Positions 51,415 to 60,170 of a DNA stretch of 60,170 nt are shown here, piece by piece; the stretch's first letter is position 1, and the number at the start of each line of letters is the position of its first letter. The stretch is from Priapulus caudatus (Eukaryota), in assembly GCF_000485595.1 (NCBI RefSeq), contig NW_014577077.1:330697-390866 (forward strand). The letters are read 5' to 3'. The position numbers and the translations under genes are program-made. The notes under the pieces are model-generated. The model was given only the letters and a program-made list of their open reading frames with translations, had not been told where the DNA came from and did no database searches.

Positions 51415-51718
51415 CAGATTATTGCAGACGATCACAGATGATCACCGACGATCACAGACGATCACAGACGATCACAGATGATTACAGACGATCACAGACG
51501 ATAACAGACGACCGCAGACGATCGCAGACGATCACAGACGATCGCAGACGATCACAGACGATCATAGACGATCACAGATGATTGCAGACGATCATAGACG
51601 ATCACAGACGATCACAGACGATCACAGACGATCACAGATGATCACAGACGATCACAGACGATAACAGACGACCGCAGACGATCGCAGACGATCACAGACG
51701 ATCACAGACTATCACAGA
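51415..51718. repeat. 10-bp minisatellite (ATCACAGACG), ~30 copies
   Basis: Direct inspection. Confidence 0.95.
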
Positions 51719-51720
51719 AC

Positions 51721-52066
51721 CAGGAACTCCTGGAGCAGCGTAGGGAACGAATGATGAGGAATTATGATGCGGCTGGAAACAAGCAAGAACTCCGACCACT
51801 CCTCATAGGACAAAACGTTCGATTTCTAGACAAAGAATCCCTCACATGGATTCCAGCACAGATAACTAAAGTGTGTAACGAACCCCAGGCCCGGTCTTAT
51901 GTTGTCACCACACCAAATGGCACCCAACTTAGGAGAAATAGAGTGCATTTGAGAGACATCCCGCAGATGCTTTTCCTGGCAGAACCAAATAAAACAGAGA
52001 GTACAGATCGAAGGGAACAAGACAAGGTGCCAGATCACACGGCGGGTAATGAAACAGAAGTACATC
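51721..52066 (+). mobile_element. Gypsy-type (Mag/K02A2.6-like) integrase C-terminal fragment
   Basis: RNYD...LRPLLIGQNVR...WIPAQIT...RSYVVTTPNGTQLRRNRVHLR. Confidence 0.75.
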
Positions 52067-52069
52067 GAA

Positions 52070-54476
52070 CTAGCGGGATACCCGGCGTTGCCCGGGGAAA
52101 TCAGTGGCGTTACTCAGTTGGTGACCGCTTGGTTGAAAGGAAAATACCCCAAAAAATATAACTATCTATCTATCCATGCATCCATGCATCCATCCATCCA
52201 TCCATCCCATCCCGTCGCACCGCATCCCATCCCATCCCATCCCATCCCATCGCATCCCATCTCATCACATCTCATACCATGCCATGCCATCGCATGCCAT
52301 GCCATGCCATCCCATGCCATCCCATCCCATCCCATCGCACCGCATCCCATCGCACCGCATCCCATCCCATCCCATCCCATGCCATGCCATCCCATCCCAT
52401 GCCATCCCATGCCATCCCATCCTATCCCAAACAGTAAAAAATAATAAGAAATCAAAAGACATTAAATATAAAAAATAAACATTAAAAATTAAAAAATTAA
52501 AAATAATACTTAAGCACCATAGGGTCCAGCAAAGCACCATAGCGTATGCTGAAACCTATGAGTTGCGTGTAAAAAATATTTTTATTACGCCCCAAACGCA
52601 GACCACAAATCAACAATCATTTGTCCAATTTCTAGCTACCCTAAGTGGTAGAGCCTCGTGCGGTTGCGTTGTCAGGGTTGGGGTGCTTGGATCCGTGGTG
52701 CAGCTGCGAACTGACTTATGATCCCCAATATCTGCGATCACCTGCGTACGAGGTTGCGTGCGAGTGCCGTGTGAGTTGCGTTCAAACTTACAAGTTGTGT
52801 TGGACCTGGACGTGCTAGTTGCGGTGCTTAATTGCGAATATCGAGTCACGTGGTAAAACTGTAAATAAAAACCTGTAATAACGTAAAACTGCAATGTCGC
52901 GAAGTACTTGGTACTCGAGGCAGCGTGCGCCCAAAGTGAACTGCCAGCTTCAGGCCAGGCTCCAGGGGCAACCTGTACTTGGTGTTTTGCTCCTGTGATG
53001 CGAGAGACAACTACTTCCGCTAGCCAGCTCATCGTACATCTCGGCGCGGGCATCCTCATAAAGAGTTCTTGACATGCCCACCTTGGTCTCGTTCCGGCAG
53101 GCGTCCACCAGAAGCTGGTCGTAGAAGACCAAAGTCAAGCGCGCCTTGCTAATCTATGGTCTAACCCCCACCTGGTATAGTGTGCGTTGTGCACTAAATT
53201 GACCAGATTAACACTGATATCCAATAACAGCAAGAGGTGTAGCTCATGTTGTCACCTCGGAGGTCCAGCACACAACAACTCGACACCGATCTAGAAAAGG
53301 CCAACCATTTATACCATTTCTCAACACGCATGAGTACGCAATAACACGCCAACTCACACCCGCAACCAATAGGTTGGGGATACGCTGGCCGAGATACGCA
53401 CAATAGGTTGGGTGTACGCTCACACACGCCCAACATGATCGCAACAAGCACGCCAACACGATCGCAACATGATCGCAACAGGCTACGCAACAGCATTCGC
53501 GCAACATGTACGCTACCAAAACACGGCAGAACTCAAATCTCTGACCTTGCGCATCAACTTGCGTTCGCTAACTTATGAGTTGCGATTACATGTTGCGATC
53601 GTGTCGATCGTGCTTCGCGATCGTGTTCCGCATGCGTAGGGTAACCTGGTTGCGTACCTGTTGCGTTCCTGTGCGTATATGTTCACTCGCAGCATTCGCA
53701 GAGAATTATGAACAGTTCAAAATTTCTGAACTTACTCTGCGCGCTGTGTCTGCGATCACCTGACCCGTGCCTTGTTGCGTTACTTCAAACGCTTATAAAA
53801 CCCGATTAGGTTGCGTGTGAGTGCGTTCGGAACTTATGCCCCCCACTATTTTTGATTCGCAACCATACGCAACTGGTGATCGCTATGTGTGACGGCACCT
53901 TTACTAAAGAGGTTAGTGAAAAGGGAAAAAAAGGAAAAAGAGGGGAAAATAAGTTCCCCACATCATGGACTCAACCGGAATCAATCCGGTGTAGGAGACG
54001 GATGTTCTAGCGATTAGACCACTGCGCCGTTAAGGGTATACCAAACTCCACGACAGATGGCGCTCTCGCTCATGGGCTCAATCTACGTATCTACGTATCC
54101 TGAGTGTACGAAGGTGCACTGCATGCAGTTTGAGGGTATACCTCATGGATTCACACGTACGTGATGTTAATCTGTACGCACAGCGCGCTTATTGATGATA
54201 GAATTTGTAATGAATTTAACTTTTTAACTTTTTTAAATTTTTGTTTCAGCCAGAACCACCTCCCAGACCTGCTGATTCTGAAAATATCTTTATATATACA
54301 TGCGGCTATTAGTTTTCCTCTAGACTGCGGAGTTCTCTAGTTATGCGAGTACGAACTAATTCGGCTGAACAACTTTATATACCCGTTTGTCTCGCAAATG
54401 GGTGGTCAACAAGAAAATTGGAGAAAAAACGGGAATATAGCAAGCAAATTTATATAGCAAGCTTTATATATATAGA
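52070..54476 (-). mobile_element. Non-autonomous Helitron with a (CCATC/CCATG)n tract and nested insertion
   Basis: Minus-strand 3' hairpin CCCGGGCAACGCCGGG then CTAG at 52070; probable 5' TCTATATATATAAAG near 54476 (less certain). Confidence 0.55.
52541..53900 (-). mobile_element. PIF/Harbinger remnant
   Basis: End GTGTGACGGCACCT|TTA; ~52880-53180 encodes a frameshifted FYDQLLV...MRMP..MYDEL...RIT...LQF, typical of the HARBI1-like transposase N-terminus; left boundary uncertain. Confidence 0.65.
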
Positions 54477-55324
54477 CTTGTTCTGGACGTGTTAGTCAAA
54501 AACTAGCCCGTTATTGTTGAAAATATATGTTGACGTAGATTTAAATAGACGTTGTTGTAGTAAAGGTTGTATACTTATTACATATAGGCCTACATAGATA
54601 TGAATACATGTAATTGAGGTTATATAAATAGGTTATGACCCACGAAGTGCAAGCACCCATGCGGCTATGCATATATACATTCTGTTTATGTTAAAAAAAG
54701 GAAGAAGAACAGTGTATCGGGTATATGATTCGTATTTCGTAATTGCTTGTATGTTAATTATTGCTTATATGTCATATGCTTATTTGTAATTTTTGTAATG
54801 TTTGTGATATTGCTAATTTCTTACCATTGTGAGGGAGATGTGGTAGTACTATATGGATAGGTGATGAGGCTGCGGAGGCGGAATGATATAGAAATAAATG
54901 ACTGGAAAGATGGCTACCAGATCATAATCACTGTTAGCAGTTTGGCTGTGATGCGATACTACAACAGCAGCAGGTGGTTTGAAATCAGAGTTTTCCTTCT
55001 CCTAGACAATGCGCCCTTGCAGGCTAAGGATTATTGTCAGTACCCAACAGTTTGGGCAACTGCTTATTTAGATATTCGCAGCTAACCTATAATCTACAGG
55101 CGGTTCGGCTATCCGCCACCCGCCGACGCGCCCCGTGGCAGATGTTAGCTGCAGGTAATCGGCTAAGATTACCCTTCCTGGAACTCCTTTTAGCTTGTCT
55201 ATTTGTTACCAATTCTGTCACATTTCTGTTAACTCTCCTTCATTCTAAGCGCACTCCAAAGCCCTACTACAGCCCATCCATCTATTTCTATCCGAACCCC
55301 GCAATTATATGGGAGGGGAGAGGA

Positions 55325-55622
55325 CGTACACGCGGGTACACGCGGTTACACGCATGTACACGCGGGTACACGCACGTACACGCAGATACACGCACGTACA
55401 CGCGGGTACACGCGGGTACACGCACGTACACGCGGGTACACGCAGGTGCACGCACGTGCACGTGGGTACACGCACGTACACGCGGGTACACGGAGATACA
55501 CGCACGTACACGCGGGTACACGCACGTACACGCAGGTACACGCAGGTACACGCGGATACACGCACGTACACGCGGGTACACGCACGTACACGCACGTACA
55601 CGCGGGCACGCGCACGTACACG
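55325..55622. repeat. 10-bp minisatellite (GTACACGCRS), ~30 copies
   Basis: Direct inspection. Confidence 0.95.
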
Positions 55623-55653
55623 ATTCAATTTGGCAATTCGTTATTTAATTGCT

Positions 55654-55880
55654 CAATTGAATGTTTGAATGATTAAACGACTGTTCAATTGAACAATCAA
55701 TCGATCAATTGAACAATCAATCGATCAATTGAACAATCAATCGATCAATTGAACAATCAATCGATCAATTGAACGTTTGAATGATTAAATTGACTGTTCA
55801 ATTGAACAATCAATCGATCAATTGAACGTTTGAATGATTAAATTGACTGTTCAATTGAACAATCAATCGATCGTTTGAAT
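55654..55880. repeat. 20-bp / ~53-bp higher-order minisatellite (CAATTGAACAATCAATCGAT)
   Basis: Direct inspection. Confidence 0.9.
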
Positions 55881-57046
55881 TTTGACACATCTTCCCCTCC
55901 CATACAGTTATACATTGATAGAAAACGATTGATTTAGTTAACACCAGGTAACCAAGATGCAAATAAAACCCACATTGGAGAAAACGCTGCATGTGTCTTT
56001 ATGGTTAGTCATATTGACACATATGAAAACATGCTATCGGAAAAGCTGGTGCGTTGCTCTTTCGTTCATTTCCGTGTTTCCAGCGGAAATATGGAAGGAA
56101 ATTGAAAACGATGAAGAGCAAAATCGTGCGACTCCGCTCAATAATCATGGGGGGGGGGATGCAGCTCCTAGTCAACGGGCATAACGCGGCGAATAGTAAT
56201 CTTATTTTACGGTTATTTACGTTATTCGGCTTTCATTTTATTTCGTTTTTCCAAAACTAGTGACAGTATATATACATAATATAATATTTGACGTAGTTAT
56301 ATAAAATGGCTTGGTGACGTCATATAATCATACAACTTATTCGGTCGTGATGGATATTGGATACGACTTAAGCCAAAGCAAGAATGTGCTGTGGCGGGTG
56401 CTCAGTATAATAGCCACGTTTACGTTATGGGTAGATGAATACGCCGTAGGACATTTAGCAGTAAAACCTCAGCATGGCAAGTATTGCTTACCAGTATCTA
56501 TGCGTTTTGTTCGTTAAATAGCCATAAAATAATTATTTGACACCGCTGCTTACAGAATAGACTGATCTAGCATATCTGCCAAATCAACACGTGGTTTTCG
56601 ATCTAAGGACAAAAAGACATTGAACTTTTATTATTATTATTGCGCGAAAATGCACTTATTTTATGATTAATGTAATGACCTTAAAGTCGAAATTAATAAT
56701 TATTGTATTAATAAATTAAAAATAGCCTACTTTTAATAATAGAATGTCATTTTGATGATCATATGCTTTAGTCTATACGCACCTGCCGTCGCATCTTTCC
56801 AATTCTTCTCTCTAAACTCGTGACGGTTTTGCACTAGTATCCTATCTGCGGGATATCTATGACATTCCTTAACTTTCTTTTTCCTATTGTTATAATTTGG
56901 CCGTTCAGGGTTCGTGGCCTAGCATGTAATTAGGATATACAAATGTACTAAACAATTACTCATGGCAGCCGATATACTTGACCACCTCAGTACCACAGAA
57001 CTACCTGTCTCCTATCCGACTGTAACCGAATGCGACACTGATATAG

Positions 57047-57095
57047 TCAAGATCTAAACCCTAGAGTAAACACCTAGGTATTTATTAGCTCTTGA
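57047..57095. mobile_element. 49-bp degenerate TIR pair TCAAGATCTAA...TTAGCTCTTGA with filler
   Basis: Flanks TATAG/GATAG (4 of 5 match). Confidence 0.5.
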
Positions 57096-60000
57096 GATAG
57101 TGACTATTTGTCATAGATGCAAGCAGAACATGTTGTATATATCGATACTGTCGGGAGGCGCGCTCTCTCTCTATAGTCAACAAAGATAAGGTCCAGTACA
57201 ATAAGCACAACTATCCGTATACAAATATAGATAATTAGTGCAATCGTGTCATCTAATACATATTTGTGGAAGTTTCTCTGTTTGTCTGTTCTCGATTCAA
57301 ATCAATATCGGTCACTCTATATATGTCCAAGGATGGCCATTACATGTAACTTTGGATACATTGGAACATGGGCACATTGGATTTGACCTCCGAGGTCATC
57401 TGACATCGCAAAACGAAAAAAAATAAAAAAATAATGTTAGGGTCAACGCACCCCTGTAGCAGCGGTAAATAAACCGGCCCATGCATGCAGAGGAGATTCA
57501 CTTTCCACTGACTTGCATGACTGTACAATGCGCGTAACATTGATTTACAATACATGCATTATGCTACATTCACCTTGCACCGACTTGTCTAGCATGCAGC
57601 CGACCACGCGCGACAGCGCGAAAACGCCGCATACCGGCCGCCAATACAAACAACCTGCACTATCGCGAACACTTTCTCGAGGCCCTTTAGGGTATCGGCC
57701 GGGAAACGGCCGGGAAATCGGCCAACGAGAGTTCTGTTCATAGCACGACGGTTTTGACTACCCACGCAGCTCGAGATTTGCTGCAAATGAGCCAGAAAGT
57801 ATTTTGGCTAATGGGCGCGCGTCCTATAGCCGTCAAAAACGTAGTTTAAACGTTTTCCGTCGAGACACGCCCACGGCAACTGCCATTCACCGCGCGCGCG
57901 CGCCTAGCATAGGCCAGCTCTGTTGCTGGGGAAATTCCGTTCCCACGTGTGTTGTTACGATGTACGACAGGTTTGAAACATAGTCTTCGGATCGAAGTCA
58001 TTTTAGAGGATTCACATACGATCGAAGCCATTCTACACGATTCACATACAGGTTTCGACACGGGATTCACTGCACGCCTGACAAGACGACGGCAGTCGAC
58101 GTATATAAGGACCGCCCGGGGTTGACTCGCCCCCCCCCCACATCTCGTCTCCCTCCCCCGTGTGTCCTGCGCCGGTCGCTGATCATATGATGCACGGCTA
58201 TGGCCCGTAGCAACGTGCCCCAGATGAGTCTAGCACATATGCCGTCCGATAGATGGCGCCACTAGTCTACAAAAATCTATCGTGCAGGGTTTCTTCAAGG
58301 GACGGTAGAAGGCAGCAGCGCACGGAAATGCTCGCGCATGCGCAGATGACCGGGACCGGTGTGTGCCGAGAGACATTTTGGAAATGACGTGGTCAGTCTT
58401 AGCGCTAAATAACTTGATTCAGTAAGTTCCCGTTTGTCCTTTAGAGGTTAAATGAGCACAAAAATCGACACTGTTCGCTGGGAGCTATGCATCCGTGCGC
58501 CGGCTTATGGATTTGGGGCACGGATGCATAGCTCCCAGCGCCTGATACTTTCGTAGCACGTTCCCGCGGTCGCGTGCGCGTTGCGGTTGGGGCGGTTAGG
58601 ATCAACGCCTCTTTTGCGCATCGCCTCTCTAGTATCCAGTCTCTTCTCTGGACGTGATGCGGCCATGATGCCGAGGCGCGCCGAGGATTGACACTTTGTG
58701 TCTTCCAATCACAGCCTATGCCGCACCAGAGTTTTATATTTTTAAATATGGGGACCCATTGGACCACCAAATCGCCGATTTCAGGAACTAGTGCATTCTG
58801 CTAGGCTAGAATGGTTTCCTACGATAGAGTTTGGCACAAATACGAAAATAAAACGCTGTTTAGCGCACTGCGCTACGTCCTTCTGTTGCATTTTCGCATT
58901 TCCGTAATCAGAATAAGCCCCGCCTTCTTCGTTGATGGGCATGAATGGGGCGTCAACGACGTGACCCGTTACTGCGTGTAGGTGTTTGGCGAGACTGTTT
59001 GCTTTCCGTAAATAATGAAAGGCCCGGCCGATGCATTTTGCACCAAAGTGGAAAAATTAGGCATTTTTACCCGCTTTCGGAAGTGAACGAATGCGTCATT
59101 AATTGAACATTAACGTTTTTTAAATTAAATAATTCCGCAAATCCCTAACCGCGCTACTCGATTGTTTTAGCCAATGAACGTAGCTGTGTGTGTGACGTCT
59201 TGTCCGCGCGCTTTATGCTTGGCTTAGCGGGCCTCGAAATGGATATCGGAGGCACGCACCTCGCAACACGCGTGTTTATTTACATATAGCTTTGTGACAT
59301 CCGGATGGGCGGTGTCGGGAGTTTTGCGATGCTAACCTCGTAATTTCTCAGCATTTCTTAAGGTGCATGAAACATTTTACGAATTTAGTGGTGTCAGTTA
59401 GTCACGGATATGTCACAGTAAGTACTAACCGTATATGTTTCACATACGTTTACCTATTTTGCACACAGGCGGTCGATCATTGTGAAAAATTGTGTGAAGA
59501 TTTATATTTATTGAGACGTTCCAAGTGCCCGTGCTTTATCAGTCTTGTACGTCAATGCACGTGCGTCAAGAGCCATAAACTCAACACAATTTCATCTCTG
59601 TTATTGTTTACGCCGGAATGCGTGATTGATCAGGGAGAGGGTGCATGTAAGAGGGAGACATTTTCTTTGGGGTTCCGAAAAGCACAATTCCACTTGACAA
59701 TTTTATGGGCCATTTCAATTGGACGCTCTGCATAATGAACCCCCAACAAGCCCTTTGACTCACTAGTCAAGAAAATCAAAGGTCTGTATATTGCTCTTAT
59801 TTAGCCGCCGATAGTTCTAATTTAGAACAGTCTTCATTGTTATCTTCTAAAACTACAGACCATCCGCTGACCGCTGTGGAGACGTGCGCCGGGCCTCGAA
59901 TTTCGCGCACGTCTCCACTGCGGACAGCGCTTCATACTTGATCATCCCCCCGGTCGAGGGCGCATATCCCGCGGAACTGCACGTCTCATCCGCGCGCAAC

Positions 60001-60118
60001 GCTCAGGATCAACAGCAAAGCTGTGCCACGCAATCTTGTATCATGTCTCTCTGGATACAGAGTGTGTAAGACTATATCACTATAGACTCTAGAGTGTGAT
60101 AGATACATAGAGAGATAT

Positions 60119-60119
<1 letters not shown>

Positions 60120-60170
<51 letters not shown>
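60120..60170. repeat. (GATA)n microsatellite
   Basis: Direct inspection. Confidence 0.95.

Noticed and set aside
51415..51718. Regular short repeats as a possible CRISPR array
   Set aside because: Contiguous 10-bp units with no unique spacers; eukaryotic context, no cas genes
58248..58263. CTCF-like motif AGATGGCGC (also ~54055)
   Set aside because: Short motif inside repeat-derived sequence; not supportable without binding data
57430..59760. GC-richer block, possibly a promoter/CpG island or large non-autonomous transposon
   Set aside because: No convincing ORF, TIR pair or TSD identifiable by eye

Overview
Repeat-rich invertebrate (metazoan) nuclear DNA from a draft assembly, with four N-gaps and at least two stretches of insertion-rich, long-read-like error. 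One host gene is recognisable: a multi-exon chitin synthase (GT2) on the minus strand, ~47892 to 30683. It has 18 visible exons whose splice phases fit together, and it carries the WDx[47 protein letters not shown] and SWGTRE motifs. The gene shows several anomalies: the exon(s) with the LDGD/GRIHP block are absent, one exon is frameshifted (probably assembly error), one acceptor reads AT instead of AG, a 195-bp transposon fragment interrupts the last exon, and an in-frame TGA-C is followed by 42 more Pro/Ser/Thr-rich codons. The rest is transposon debris: Academ, hAT, Harbinger, Helitron/HINE, RTE-type LINE and Gypsy fragments, plus micro- and minisatellites. The most unusual signal is about ten tiny (24-90 bp) palindromes with YCARRAG...CTYYTGR-type ends, most flanked by 5-bp target-site duplications. 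One matches the terminal ~19 bp of a full 727-bp MITE in the same window. I infer these are excision footprints of an unclassified DNA transposon that cuts ~20 nt inside its ends, as P elements do.
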